The position numbers were made by a program, and so were the translations under genes. Shown here one piece after another: positions 12,350 to 24,479 of a DNA stretch of 64,000 nucleotides. The stretch is from NCBI GenBank assembly GCA_008632985.1, contig QPGO01000040.1, positions 67,719-131,718 of the forward strand, in the 5' to 3' direction. Under the pieces are notes generated by a model, which had not been told where the DNA came from, made no database searches, and saw nothing but the letters and a program-made list of their open reading frames with translations. How positions within the stretch are numbered: position 1 is the stretch's first letter; every line of letters starts with the position of its first letter. Source of the stretch: Psammoneis japonica. Its lineage: Eukaryota.

Positions 12350-14530
12350 CAATCACAGCGGCCCAATCCACTCTGGAGTTGTCAGAGCCAGAGCTTTGAA
12401 CCATCTTTAAATGCTCTGGCTGCACCTTGCTCCAAAGGGAGGAGAAGCAATGGTTGAAAAGGTGCCACACCATCTAATCTGCTCTTGAGAGTGGAAAACC
12501 AGCACCAGTGCACTGTGGTGAAGCTTGTTGGCAGCATGAACCAGTTCCTCATGGAGCCAAGATTCTGGTGCTGCCAACAGCACAAGTTGCGCAAAGGAGG
12601 AGACATGTTGCAAGCCTTGAAGGAATGTGTGTCACCAAACTTCATTGCAAGAAGGACACCACAGAATGTGATTCCTGTCTTCCATCAGATGTTGACAATG
12701 GATGCAGCAGCTGGGTCAGATGGGGTTGCACTGGTCAACTGTCTTGATGGCAGACAGAAAATCTTGAGCCAACTTGGCTGCATTGACTTTCCTGCAAATG
12801 TTGCAAGACATGAGTTTTGAATGGACAGGCCAGTCAATGGAGTGGAGCACCTTGTCAGCCCATCCACATTTCTCTTTCATGTGCTGGATGTGGGTTGGAC
12901 TTGATGCCTTGAAGTGTGACAACAGCAGAACAATGTGGCACCCTGGGAGCAACTGAAGTGCTGCCAGGAAAATTCCTTTGATGTTGACCTGCAATTGACC
13001 CACACAGACACTCATCTTTGCCAGAAGAGACAATGACTCACAAGGGGCTCAATCATCTTGGTGTCCTTTGATCTGCTGCACACTGACTTGAGTGTTGAGT
13101 GCATGGCGGCTCTGCGAACGGGGATTTGGACAGGCACACAACTGAAAATTTTCCAGTCAGCCAACATCATGTCAGCAACATGATGTCTGTGGCAGCAGTC
13201 AAGAAAAGACAAGCTCCAGAAGAGCTTGCTTCATCTGAGATGGGAAATGGTGCCTGCAGATTTGCAATGTCTCAGATGATGGCAGAATTGCTGCAGTGTG
13301 GGTCCAAACCCAGCCAGAGGAAAAACAGTCTGACAACATTCCACAACCAAGAGCGTGGGTTGAACAAAGAAGAGTGTGCCTCATGCTTCTGTGTGGTGCA
13401 AAGAACGGTGAAACCCAAATGCAGGACCGGTGCAATTGACTGAAATCAAGTGATTGATGGCAAGCATCTGTCCAAATTCAGCATCAAAGTCAATGACCGA
13501 ACCATCGCTTGCCACTGCAGCTCAAGAGAACTTGCTGTCAGAGCAGAGTGAGCCAGCATGTGTGCCACCAACATGGGTGTGGGTCCACTGCTGCCCCTGG
13601 CAATGATTTTTCTGTCCACAGGGCTGCGTTTGATCTTGGCAACAAACTCACATGGCATGGACCAAAAATGGAAACAGCCACACACGTGTGTGCTGTCAAA
13701 CAACAAGTCCAGAATTCCAGAGGTTTTGGTTTTGAGCAGAGTCATGCAGAAAATGTCCTGTGACCACACAACAATGCTTGTGAAAGCTCATTGGCAAGCT
13801 GGGGCTCTGCTCATTTGCGTTGTGCACCAGACCACAGCACTCATGTCCTGGCATTTCTGACATGCTGTTGCTGGCACATTTTGCCACTGGGTGAGCAACA
13901 ATGTGTCATTGCTTCAAAGCCACGGGAAGGCTGTTTTGAGGGTTGCCAAACTCTCTTTGTGTTTTTCTCATCATTGAGTTCACAGCCCACACAAAAATGG
14001 TGCCAAACAAGGAATCAATGTCATGACCCTGCTTTGAACAGATTAAATCCAAGTGGCTGCAAGTTGTTGGAGATCTTCAAAGCACCCCTTCAGTGCATTC
14101 CTTGGATGGGTGCTGACTGTGCAGCAAACTGGGTTGCTCACTCATCCTCTTTGATGCTGCTCTTTTGTCCACACCACATTCCTCATGCTCTGCAGGTGGT
14201 TCCAGACCTTGCCAGTCATCCAAACACGTGTTTTGTCATTGACATCTTTGCAAAAGTGTGCCCTCCTTCTCTTGCTCTCATGGCTGCACTGCTGTCAACT
14301 GGCCTTTTGTGCAAACCTCATCTCTGTCAGGCAAATGTTGTGTGGCAGCAAAGACATGTTCCAGCTCCAGGTGGGACCTCACACTGCTGAACTGTGACAT
14401 CAACAGTTTTTGGATGGTGCCACATGTCACGCATGCAGATGGCTGCATGTGACATTCTAAGAAAATGTTTCATGTTCCCTGTTTTGTGAAGCCCCAAAGG
14501 CTTTCTGTTTTCAATTTTTGACATTTGCGA
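12350..14530 (-). mobile_element. Second degenerate RNase H-containing LINE relic (same type as 5690-7990)
   Basis: Minus strand gives AVASDGSV (~13490-13520), CTGPAFG and MLADWKIF. GWADKVLHSIDWPVHSKLM..KVNAAKLAQDFL matches QWNSSVADQVDWNAHVVLV..HVNTVKLVCGL of the first LINE. Confidence 0.7.
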
Positions 14531-15638
14531 GAATTAAAACACCCTCTGGGGGGGGAGGGGCACATTCTTCAATGTTTGCAGAACACACCCAGGCAAACTG
14601 TCAATGATGCACTTCAAGTGTGAAGGAGGAGATGCGTTCATGAAATTGGCTCTATTTCTGTTGGCGATCATTTGTTTGCTGCACTTTCATTGCTTGGCGA
14701 AGTTGCTGCGGAGCTTGCACATGGAATCCCACGGGCCAAATGCCACATGGAGTCCCACCTGCTGGGACTGGAACCTGTCCAATGGCAATCTTTTGTGCTG
14801 CATGGTCATTGCAAAAAAACACGTAGAAACTGTGCAGACCAGTGCCGCCAAAAAAATGCAATTTGTTTGTCTGTCCGCCCTTGGTGAATTTTAATTCTGC
14901 AAAAAATGGACTTGACTGCCAACTGATCAGGTGCATTTCTGCAAAAGTTTTGAGAAGACAACCATTTTGGTGCAAAAACATGCAGCAGATTTTGTGGACG
15001 TCCTTGAGCAATTTGTGGGTTTTGTGTCACGGGTCATTTTCGAAAGATTGTTGTTGAGACGAGAGAGGACGGCTCTGCAAATTTTGTGCACAAGGGGATG
15101 CAGCCATGGCTCTGCTGCAAAAAGCCTGTGCACAGCTCTGCAAGCAAATGGGGTGCATGTTGGGCTGGTTTGTGTCCATGGCAAGAACTTGAGAAATGCC
15201 AGCTGCCTTGGCTGCACTCAGCCCAAGCTCACATGTGTCCCCCCATGAAAAGCTCCGAGTGCAGCTCTTCCCATCACACTGGCTGGATGTCTGCTCCAGA
15301 TCAACACCTCAGACAGAATGCAAGCAAAGAGGATTTGCTGATGAGCAGTGATGGGAGTTCAGCCAATGGTCTTTGCCAAACCGCTGTTGACCAAATCACA
15401 AGCTGCCCAGAGGACTGAGTCTGCTGAGTGCAACAAAGCGAGATTTTCCCGCACACTTACACTGGAGACTGGTGCAAGTTTTAGGGAAACAAGCACTGCT
15501 GAAGCAATCGAGCTTGAAATTCGGGGGACGTGGCGCAAAAGAATTTCAATCAGAATTCCGATGGACAGAATGACAGACACACACATGGAAGATTGGGTCA
15601 GTGGACAGACGACCCACGACTCACTCTACTACGTCCCG

Positions 15639-15975
15639 TATGAAAGGGGACGTAGCCGGTGGCTCTGCTACCAGAAGCTCTCATGTAGCTATCAAGGCAA
15701 AGGGGACGCATGTAAATCTGCATCGCAGGGGTGGCAAGAATTCGAGAAACGTTGGTAACCTTACACTCTATGGAAAGGGGACGTAGCCAGTGGCTCTACT
15801 ATCAGAAACTCGCATGTAGCTATCAAGGCAAAGGGGACGTACGTAAACCTGTATCGCAGGGGTGGCAAGAGTTCGAGAAACGCTCATACACTCTACCGGT
15901 ATGGAAGGGGACGTAGCCAGTGGCTCTACTACCAGAAGCTCGCATGTATCCCAGTAGGCAAGGGGACGCATGTGA
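15639..15975. repeat. Tandem repeat, ~130 bp period, about 2.5 copies
   Basis: aaggggacgtagcc.gtggctct.cta.cagaa recurs at ~15644, ~15775 and ~15905. Confidence 0.9.
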
Positions 15976-16102
15976 AGCGCAACGGCTTTGGATACCAACC
16001 TATTTTTTCTGCTTTCGAGCAGCGCCTCTTGCTCACAAAATCTGATTCTCGACTGAAAACAAGATATTGAACTCAACTGGAACACACTTGAACCCATCAA
16101 CC

Positions 16103-17204
16103 ATGCTCTTCTTCATGAAAGCTCTTGCTACTCTCGGCGCTTTGGGTGCCGTCGTCTCAGCTGATCAGGTATGCAGTGATGCATGTTGCTGCTGTTTTCA
16201 ATGTTTTGATTTTTTAGCGCTAACGATGCCGTTGTCAACATCTGCAGATTCGTAAACTTCCCAAAGAGACCGTGACAACCGAGAGCGTTTACTTTGCATC
16301 GGTCGCCCATGCCATCGACTTTGATTATTGTTACGACTGGGACTCTACCTATCAGGTGGACTACGACACCACGGACTATCCCCAGGAGTACGCTTACATC
16401 ACCAACTCCATCTTAAATTCGGTCGCCAAGCAAGTATCGGCTGAAATTCTGGCTCTCTTTGAAGGCGAGGGCGAGCTCGTGGTGACCCAGCATGGCAATG
16501 CCGGCGCAGTTACCAACGTGACACTTCAAGCAGAGATGAAGGACTTGTCGCTAACGATCCTTCACGACGACACCCAGGAAACCATTTCGACCTCGTCAAG
16601 TTGGTACGCTCGTGCTTCCACTGATCGCTTGAAATTGTGCGAGTACTACTCCTCCTATTATTATTACGATTACTTCAAGTGCGCTGAAACGCAGGGCGGT
16701 GTTACCACGTATGGCAGTGCCTCCGCCACTACGTACAGCTCGTCCAGTACGGACTCGCTTGTATGGAATCAAGGCGCCATTGGCAGCAGCGTGGAAGTCA
16801 TTGGCAAGAACTTGCAAGACTTCACCGCTCTCCTTCTTTCTGGTGGAACCAACTTTGTCATCCAAGACAACACCGACTACCAATATGTGTACACGAACGC
16901 CTACATGAGTGTCTATGAGCGTGATTTCTTGACGATGTATGACAAGTACTGTTATTACGGCTGGTGTGGCACCTACAGTTACACCACTATCTACGATTAT
17001 GCTTCCCAGTATGTGAGTGAATACGCGAGCGCCTATGCGAATGCTGCTTCTCAGGCTGTGGCCGGTTCCGCTGTTCAGGCCGGACTCTTAGCCCAGTTTG
17101 AGCGCACACCTGGCGATCCCAAGAACAACAACATCCAGGTTGGCATTGCTGGTGGTGCCGGTGCGGTAGCCGGTGCGTATGTGAGCGCCAGCTGCAACGC
17201 CTAA
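16103..17204 (+). CDS. Secreted tyrosine-rich protein (~340 aa); exons 16103-16168 and 16248-17204
   Basis: Signal peptide MLFFMKALATLGALGAVVSA. A 79-nt GT..ctaac..CAG intron joins it in frame to the 16272-17204 ORF. Tyr clusters include YYSSYYYYDYF and YCYYGWCGTYSY. Confidence 0.8.
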
Positions 17205-19162
17205 TTTGGCCTACCGGCCAAGTGGGGCGGGGCATCTACATGGAACATTCATATGATCACAACAAGTCGGGGTGCAATTGAAATGACCGAACAAGAATCC
17301 ATCCATTATATTTAGAAGAAAAAGAAAGGAAAACACACAAAAAAAAGAGTCATCCGCTTCCCACGGACAGTCTCCAAAACAGAAAGAAAAAACAGATAAA
17401 GGGCCAACGTTTCGCCGCAAAAGAAAGTACCGGACGAGTGTATACAGTTGTAATGCGTATTTTAGTTCTCTTTTGCTCCGGTATGTATGGCGATTGATAT
17501 CCTACTACTAGAGGCTTATTGTCAAGACGACTTTGCAGGACAAGCCGCCAAGTTGCGACTGGGATCACATTCGTAGTCTCACATAATTGGTAGTTTCGCC
17601 ACCACGTGCGTCTTTGTTGTGAGTCACATGGGCGGTCCCATGCTTGCGCTGCTTTCGGGTACAGAATGCTTGCAAGGGTCGGTATTCGGAACTTGAGTTC
17701 GCTACGCATGCTTGACAACCACATCGTCCCGTCACATCGACTCTTGTGTTGTCGGCTAAGACTGACGATACCACTCTTTCGTCTGAGAGGACTAGATAAT
17801 TCCGATCAGCAACTTCAACGGCAAGTTCTCTTGAGCACTGGGCACTGGACCCGTCACAATGAAGGACCCATGCTCTCTTCCGATGGGGCGTGTCGATTCG
17901 GAAAGACACCAGGTGTTGCGGAACTCATGAGACATTGACGCCGCTCGCCAGTAGAAGCACGTGGCGCTATGTCGACGGCTCTTCCTGATCACGATTTTCT
18001 CTTTCTCCATCCTTTGACCCTTATGTCGGTCGAAAAGATTGCATTGCTCATGGTAGAAGACCGCAACGGCTCGTCGTCATCAACCAACACAACCGCACAG
18101 CTAGATAGTGGCGCTGCATTATACCTCATTCTCCTCTTTCAGGGACCGCGCGTAGCCGAGGAGAAGCAACATGGTGTCAGCCAGACAAAGTGACGAATCA
18201 TCACACTCGCTCAAAAACTGGCTAGAGACGCATCGTGAAAGCCTCATGCTGCATCCGGGTGGCAGGACAGCATAGAAGTACTCAAGACAAGTCGTTGATG
18301 TTGTTGTTTGTTTGATGCTGCTGCTGCTGCTTCCGGCCGCATCCTCCCCGTATACGTTTTCCAGCCCACGTCCTCCGAGAGTGTGTTAGCGTTGCTTGCT
18401 ATGATAGAGGTGGAAAAAATAATGTTCGTCCGTTGAATCTTGGCTGGTGAGTCGTGAGAGTGCGTTGAGTCGTGCGTTGAGTCGTTTTTTTTAAATATTT
18501 CAAACAAAAAATCAAAAATCTATCGAACACGAAAGCTCGCTCACGCGATGAGCGATCGAAAGTCGTCGAATCATCAACTAACAACACGTACCGGTAGATC
18601 TCTCAGTGGGAAGTCCAAGTAAACTTCTCACTTCTCTCTGTTGTAAGCAAACCCAAAAAGTAGACAAGAGAATGCTGCTGATTTAGAGTGATAAACACTC
18701 GTTGATTTAACACTGTGGCTTCCGCATTGGCCTTGTGTTCCTGGTCGCTCCTCATCCAATAAATGGCCGGAAGACCCAATGAGCAGCGCTATGATACTTC
18801 TCGCTTGTGTCTCGTTGTTGTTGGTGTTGCATTCTTGGTGATGCTTCTTGATGATGGCTGTTGGGTCGTGTGGTCGTGTATCACGGGTGGAGAAAAGACA
18901 GGAACAACCCTTTGGGTGCCAGAAGCAGACCATTTGGCAGGAAATGATACGAGAGAGAAAGGCGGCTAAAGGAGGATCTGTTTACCTGAGTGGATTAAGT
19001 ACCCATCTACTACTTTAGGACATGCACACGGACACAAGAAATGGCTCCAAGAGATTCAAGGTTGGACGTGGACGACGCTGCCATCGTGAGTTGGGACCAA
19101 TTCATGGAATGTTCAAAGCATCTTACTAGCTGTTTCAGGGATAGAGTCAATGTAAGCCAGTA

Positions 19163-20071
19163 CTATTGTATATTTGTCAGCGCCCTCCCTTTTTTGTATA
19201 TCGAGAACATATCTCTAATGCACTCTTCTTTTCGTTTTGGTCTGCATGCAATGTCCATACTACTACTACTACTTGATGGGTGCTGCAAAAATGGAAATGA
19301 TTGTAACCTTCTCTGTCTCACCGTAATGTCGTCACCGAGGAATGAGGAAAGATCGTCTTCGAGATTGGGCAAAGTGAGATCGTCCTCATTCGTCTCTAGT
19401 GCTTGTGTCTCTTGTGTGGGCATACTCCGGGCGTAGTGTTGACCGGCATCATCATAGTTGAAAGCATGATCATCTCTTTGCATGGAAGGCGTTTTTCCAA
19501 AAGCATATCTCGTGTCTCGTTCTCGTTGTTCCGTGGCGTAGGAAAATGGGGTTCCTGCTGGAGACGAGTCGGAGGGCGCCGACGTTTCCTCCATGCGGAC
19601 CTCCCAGTCTGACTTCGCAGACTTGTTGTTGGAATACACCATGAATTCCAAAGGATGTTGCAAATGGATGCCGTGATGAGAAGATATCTTGAAGGTGTTG
19701 TCCCTGCGAAAGCCGTACTTGCTGAGATTGTTTTGAAAGGACTTAAATTGTGTCTCGTTAAAGAAGATGCCCATCACATGCTTCTTATATCCTTCACGCT
19801 CAACAGCAAACTTCTTACCATCGTCCAGCCAAAACATGTATGAAGAGAGCGGTTCGCATGATAGCAGTTTGTAAAGCTTCGCAGGGAACAAGAGGGTTTT
19901 GTGATCGTGGCCGAAAACTTGACGTCTCAATCTTTCAGCCAACTGCCGACGAGCCGTGGCACCCAGAACTTGTTGGCCCGCCGATGTGGCTAAAAGACTT
20001 AGTGAAAGGCGTATGTCAATTTCATCAGGGTAGTCAGTTTCCATCATCGTATCGTTGCCTATCGTGCTCAT
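19163..20071 (-). CDS. Heat-shock factor (HSF-type DNA-binding domain) protein
   Basis: FPAKLYKLL..MFWLDDGKKFAV..FFNETQFKSFQNNLSKYGFRR matches the HSF DNA-binding domain consensus. Confidence 0.85.
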   Translation of the reverse strand: MSTIGNDTMMETDYPDEIDIRLSLSLLATSAGQQVLGATARRQLAERLRRQVFGHDHKTLLFPAKLYKLLSCEPLSSYMFWLDDGKKFAVEREGYKKHVMGIFFNETQFKSFQNNLSKYGFRRDNTFKISSHHGIHLQHPLEFMVYSNNKSAKSDWEVRMEETSAPSDSSPAGTPFSYATEQRERDTRYAFGKTPSMQRDDHAFNYDDAGQHYARSMPTQETQALETNEDDLTLPNLEDDLSSFLGDDITVRQRRLQSFPFLQHPSSSSSSMDIACRPKRKEECIRDMFSIYKKGRALTNIQ

Positions 20072-20469
20072 GCAAATGGTGATCGCAGGTGAGAGATAAG
20101 ATAAGATCCGCCCAGATGTACTTAGAGTCAGAATGTTGCATGCGCTGTGCGCTATCTGCCATTCTCTGTTCTTTTCGAATTTTTAGTTAAAGGCGCCGAC
20201 GTCACAAAATGGCATTTCGTTTTTTAAGGATTCTTCAACTAGCAGGACGATGGAAACCTGGACATTTCACATAACGAAGAGTTCCGAATGCTTGTTTAAA
20301 CTCCCCTTGACTTATTTATCGAGAAACTAAATGTTTTCATACGTTCTTTTAAGATATGTACCGAATCTAGCGTGAACCTCCAAAGATCTCCATGCGTGAT
20401 TCGAGAGAGTTGAAGTTGCGAGTTCACTTTTGAAGTTGCGTAGGGCCCTACGGTAGTAGCAATTGTACG

Positions 20470-21080
20470 ATACGAGGCATGAGCTACGAACGAGCTCATG
20501 CGCCCTTCCTCGAACGTGGAACTCAAAAGCGAGTTCAGGTTAGGTCTACAGTGGAGTTTTTCTCCTCTCTACCTACTCTAGTAGAGTCAGTAGACAATAG
20601 GGCCCTACTAGCCAGTAGCCTCACTCTAGCTAGCTAGTAGATCTAAAACTAATCTGATTACGAGGAGCTACAAACGAGCTCATGCGACCTTCCTCAAACG
20701 TCGAACTCATAACGAGCTCCGGTTGCAACACAGTTTACTGTGCTCTCCCCTCTCTACTCTAGAGTTGAAAATAGGGCCCTGCTCTAGTAGCCAGTAGTCT
20801 TGCTAGCTAGTACAGTAGATCTAAAACTAATCTGATTATGAGGAGCTACGAGCGAGCTCATGCGACCTTCCTCGAACGACGAACTCATGAGTTCCGGTTG
20901 CTCATGAGTTCCGGTTACTATCTACTCTACTCTCTACGGTATCTACTAGCTAGAGCTGGTAGTTTTAGTACACTACAGTAGAGTTTTATTGTGTTCCTAC
21001 CCTCTCCACTCTCTCTAGAGTAGACAATAGGGCCCTACTCTAGCCAGAGTCATCGCTAGCTAGTAGAACTGATACTAATC
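20470..21080. repeat. Three tandem ~180-bp CTAG/CTAC-rich units; one homologous unit at ~3110-3320
   Basis: gagctac.a.cgagctcatgcg.ccttcctc.aacg occurs at 20481, 20665 and 20843. Each unit ends with a variant of aatagggccct..ctagctagtag..ctaatc. Confidence 0.9.
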
Positions 21081-21187
21081 CGATGACGCTAACAAACAAT
21101 AAAATAACTCGTTTGTATCAATTTCATTATATTCCTTTTCTTCGTTTGATTCAATAAACATTAACACATCAAACACAGTCACACAGT

Positions 21188-24100
21188 TCAAAACATGTCA
21201 AATGGATTTCCCTTTGGCGACAGGGGCGCCGCATCAAAAGGATTTCCTCCTTGTGGTCCGGACGGCTGTTGCGGTTGAGCTGGAGCAGGCGCCATTTGCG
21301 GTTGTTGGGGAGCCAATTGCTGCTGCTGTTGGGGAGCCGGTGCCATTTGCGGTTGGGGAGCAGGAGCCGACGCCATTTGCGGCTGCGTTACCAGAGGCGG
21401 AGCCGGTGCTAATCCCATGGGTTGAACGGTTGCTCCTCCTCCTTGTTGCGGGGTTGGACTTGGAATCATAGACATGCCGCCACCCGCAGCGGGACTCGGA
21501 ATTCCCATCATGTTGTTGTTGCCATTGTTGTTGTTCATGCTCGACGGGGCGGGACTTGCGGGTGCCGTTTGACTCGGCATGGTCGGAGCCGGAGCCGCCG
21601 ACAGAGCCGGAGTCACAGGAGCGGGTGCCGAAACTGGAGCCGGTGGTACAGGCGCTGGTGGAGCAACCGGTTCTGGAGGAGCAGGTGCAGCCACGGGTTC
21701 CGGAGCTGGAGAAGGAGCAGATGGTACAGGAGAGGGAGCAACCGGTACTGGAGAGGGAGCCGACACGGGCGCGGGTCCACTGTTGCCATTCGCAACGACT
21801 TTTCCATCCACAGGATTGTGTTTAATCTTGACAATAAACTCATGTACTTGTTTCAATTGCGCATCCGACAAGTACAGTATTTCCTCCTTGATTTGTTTTT
21901 GTACTTGAGATTCTTGCAATTCCTGTAAATGCGCATCGTCCGTTTGCTTTTCTTTCCCCGTGGGCAAGACAATGGTATAAAAGGGTTCCAAATCATCATC
22001 GTAATGGACCTTGACAATTTTGGCAACACAGACATTCTTGGAACTGTCTGTATACGTGACGGCTTGGCCCTTTGTATATTTGGACGATGCACCCTTGGCC
22101 GAGGACGATGCCGATGTCGTTGTCGTGGCTGCTGCTGCTGCTGCCGGCGTACTACTACTCGTCGCTGGCTGTTCGACAAGTGGCGTAGACGCCAAAGCCA
22201 AATGATTAAAGGCATCAAAGGCATTCTTGCGAGGACTTGGTGGTGGAGCCGGGTCGGTAGCAGTAGGAGGCGGCTGCTGCTGCTGCTCTTGCGCCGGTTG
22301 GGGTGGCTGCGGAGGCGGCGGCTGCTGCTGTAGGTCCGGTTGAGCTTGGGATGACTGCTGCTGCTGTAGTGAGGGCGGTTGAACTTGTTGCTGTACCTGG
22401 GGCTGTACTTGGGGCGGTTGCTGTTGCTGCTGTACCTGAGGAGGCTGCTGTTTAACAGGCTGCATTGGAGCAACTTGATTCGGAGCCGTTCCTCCTCCTC
22501 CCATGCCTTGTTGTTGCATGTTGTTATTTCCAAAGCTTTGCTGTGGTTGCAAAGCAGCTGGTGGTCCCCCGCTTGCTTTGAATGCCACCAACGACGCTGG
22601 TAGTTGCGGCGGCAATTGCAATTGTTTTTGTCCAACACAATGAATCAAGTGTAATGCCAAACAAAATTCCATCTTGTCAAGTTGATTATCCACGGGTTTA
22701 TCCACCATGGTCCAAATATCTCTCAAGATGGTTTGATCCAATCCGTATTGTCCAAATAATTGTACCGCCTGTGGACCCAAGACGTATTCTGTATTGGGTG
22801 GGAATTTGGATTCGTACATGCTGTACTCTTGTGGCGTCATGCTGTACGGATCGGACGGTTGTTGCTGTTGCGGAGTAGGCTGTTGTTGCTGCTGTGGAGC
22901 CGGTGGCGGTTGAGCGGTAAATCCCTGCTGCGGTTGCTGCTGCGAAGTAGGTTGCTGTTGACCACCAAAGTTGGCAAAGCCGCCTTGTTGCTGAGGCTGC
23001 TGTTGTACAGGTTGCGTCGGCTGCGCCTGAGGCTGCTGCTGCTGTCCACCAAAGTTGGCAAAGCCGCCTTGTTGCTGCTGAGCTTGGGGCGGTGGCTGTA
23101 CTTGAGCCGGCGGCTGTTGAGGCGGCTGCTGCTGACCGCCAAAATTGGCAAAGCCTTGTTGTTGTGGCTGCTGTGGTACAGGCTGCTGCTGCTGCTGGAC
23201 GGGTTGTGGCTGTTGAACAGGCGGTTGCTGCTGCTGCTGCTGCTGCTGTCCACCAAAATTAGCAAAGCCTTGTTGTTGCGGAGGCTGCTGCTGTTGCGGC
23301 GGAGCTTGCTGAGGCTGTGTCTGTCCGGCTCCACCACCAAAGTTTGCAAAGCCTTGCTGCTGTTGAGCAGGCTGAACTGCTGCTTGTTGCCCTCCAAAGT
23401 TTGCAAAGCCTTGTTGTTGCTGCTGCTGCTGCTGTTGAGGTGGAGGCTGCTGCTGTACAGGCTGAGCTCCAAAGTTTGCAAATCCCTGTTGCTGTTGCTG
23501 TTGCTGTTGAACAGGCTGTTGCTGAGGCGGAGCTGGAGCCGGAGCAGGAAAGGCCGCGTGAAAGGAATTATTCTGCTGTTGATGATTCGCCGATTGGGAC
23601 GATCCGCCAAAGTTATCCCAACCACCGTTATTATTGGTAGTACTAGCAGCATTACTGGCTGGAGCAGGCGCAGGAGACGCATCAAATCCGAGCAAATCAA
23701 CTGCCGGAGCTGCTTTTTCCTTTTTGGGAGGCACCTTGACTCGCGTCGGCTGTGGCTCACTCGTAGCAGACGTACTATTAGCATCACCACTATACCACGC
23801 CTTGTCATGATATTTCCTTCGAATCCATATACGTAGAGCTTGTAAATCAAAATTATTTTCCGGAGCTCGTAGTCGTTCTCGCATGGGATCATATCGTGCC
23901 AGATACACAGCATTGACTTTATCGTTGCTGGTATTCTTCATCAACATGACTTCGTCCATACTAAACGTTGACGCACCCATACCCTTGACGCGATGATTGA
24001 GTTCTCGCAAGACGCCACTGCATGCCATGCAAACATACGTCCCGACCGTCAAATTGACGCACTGCGGAAGTTTAGTGCTGCAATCGGCACACTTTTTGTT

Positions 24101-24205
24101 GCACGGTAAACGTGATTGAGCACGAAGAATTTCTTCTGGTGATTCCGGGGTCTTGCGACGGCGGGGTTTGTTGGAAGAAGAACTAGTGCCTGGACGGGGA
24201 AGCAT
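21188..24205 (-). CDS. ArfGAP (AGFG-like) protein with GFANFG repeats, an EH domain, an SH3/Tudor-like module and C-terminal NPF motifs (~1005 aa)
   Basis: ArfGAP zinc finger [18 protein letters not shown]-like [59 protein letters not shown] and KGNPFDMF. First plausible ATG (MLPRPG) is at 24205. Confidence 0.9.
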   Translation of the reverse strand: MLPRPGTSSSSNKPRRRKTPESPEEILRAQSRLPCNKKCADCSTKLPQCVNLTVGTYVCMACSGVLRELNHRVKGMGASTFSMDEVMLMKNTSNDKVNAVYLARYDPMRERLRAPENNFDLQALRIWIRRKYHDKAWYSGDANSTSATSEPQPTRVKVPPKKEKAAPAVDLLGFDASPAPAPASNAASTTNNNGGWDNFGGSSQSANHQQQNNSFHAAFPAPAPAPPQQQPVQQQQQQQQGFANFGAQPVQQQPPPQQQQQQQQQGFANFGGQQAAVQPAQQQQGFANFGGGAGQTQPQQAPPQQQQPPQQQGFANFGGQQQQQQQQPPVQQPQPVQQQQQPVPQQPQQQGFANFGGQQQPPQQPPAQVQPPPQAQQQQGGFANFGGQQQQPQAQPTQPVQQQPQQQGGFANFGGQQQPTSQQQPQQGFTAQPPPAPQQQQQPTPQQQQPSDPYSMTPQEYSMYESKFPPNTEYVLGPQAVQLFGQYGLDQTILRDIWTMVDKPVDNQLDKMEFCLALHLIHCVGQKQLQLPPQLPASLVAFKASGGPPAALQPQQSFGNNNMQQQGMGGGGTAPNQVAPMQPVKQQPPQVQQQQQPPQVQPQVQQQVQPPSLQQQQSSQAQPDLQQQPPPPQPPQPAQEQQQQPPPTATDPAPPPSPRKNAFDAFNHLALASTPLVEQPATSSSTPAAAAAATTTTSASSSAKGASSKYTKGQAVTYTDSSKNVCVAKIVKVHYDDDLEPFYTIVLPTGKEKQTDDAHLQELQESQVQKQIKEEILYLSDAQLKQVHEFIVKIKHNPVDGKVVANGNSGPAPVSAPSPVPVAPSPVPSAPSPAPEPVAAPAPPEPVAPPAPVPPAPVSAPAPVTPALSAAPAPTMPSQTAPASPAPSSMNNNNGNNNMMGIPSPAAGGGMSMIPSPTPQQGGGATVQPMGLAPAPPLVTQPQMASAPAPQPQMAPAPQQQQQLAPQQPQMAPAPAQPQQPSGPQGGNPFDAAPLSPKGNPFDMF

Positions 24206-24479
24206 GATGTGGTGTTGGTGGTAGATACTGTGGTAGTAACGAGAGTGATGTAAACAAACAACAACAAACGACGTGTTGATAATTGTTGTTGTTGTTGCTC
24301 TCAACGCTCGCACCACCACACGTGACCTCTTCTTGAAAAATGACCGCGATCTTTCCAATGCGGGCGGACGGAAGGAAGGACGGACGGGTCAATGCGACCT
24401 GAATCGTTTATTCGTGAATGAATACATAATGCAATTGCTTACTTAGTGTAACCTGTACATCGGCCAATGACGCGTTGTT

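Larger units (their letters stand above)
3190..15600. other. TpA-depleted (core also CpG-depleted) hypermutated domain 1, a cluster of transposon relics
   Basis: Only about 30 TpA found by eye in ~12 kb, mostly TTAA/CTAA/TTAG/CTAG. TG and CA are strongly enriched, and ORFs in all frames are nearly Tyr-free and Cys/His-rich. Confidence 0.95.

Noticed and set aside
3325..15586. Dozens of 60-220 aa ORFs in all six frames (also at 24443-25816 and 45244-52072)
   Set aside because: By-product of TAA/TAG loss. They overlap on both strands and are Tyr-free and Cys/His-rich. Only fragments match TE proteins.
3190..15600. Classical fungal RIP or plain CpG methylation decay as the explanation
   Set aside because: RIP increases TpA and CpG decay does not remove TpA. 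The paralogue alignments show T>C/A>G changes.
15639..15975. CRISPR-like array (also considered for 20470-21080 and 36530-38540)
   Set aside because: Whole units are repeated with no unique spacers, the context is eukaryotic, and there are no cas genes.
22760..23913. 358-aa Leu/Arg-rich and Ser/Asn-rich ORFs
   Set aside because: Antisense or shifted frames of the CAG/CAA-rich ArfGAP coding region.
24206..24358. 51-aa N-terminal extension of the ArfGAP ORF
   Set aside because: It begins at a non-ATG codon in low-complexity UTR-like sequence. The ATG at 24205 fits better.
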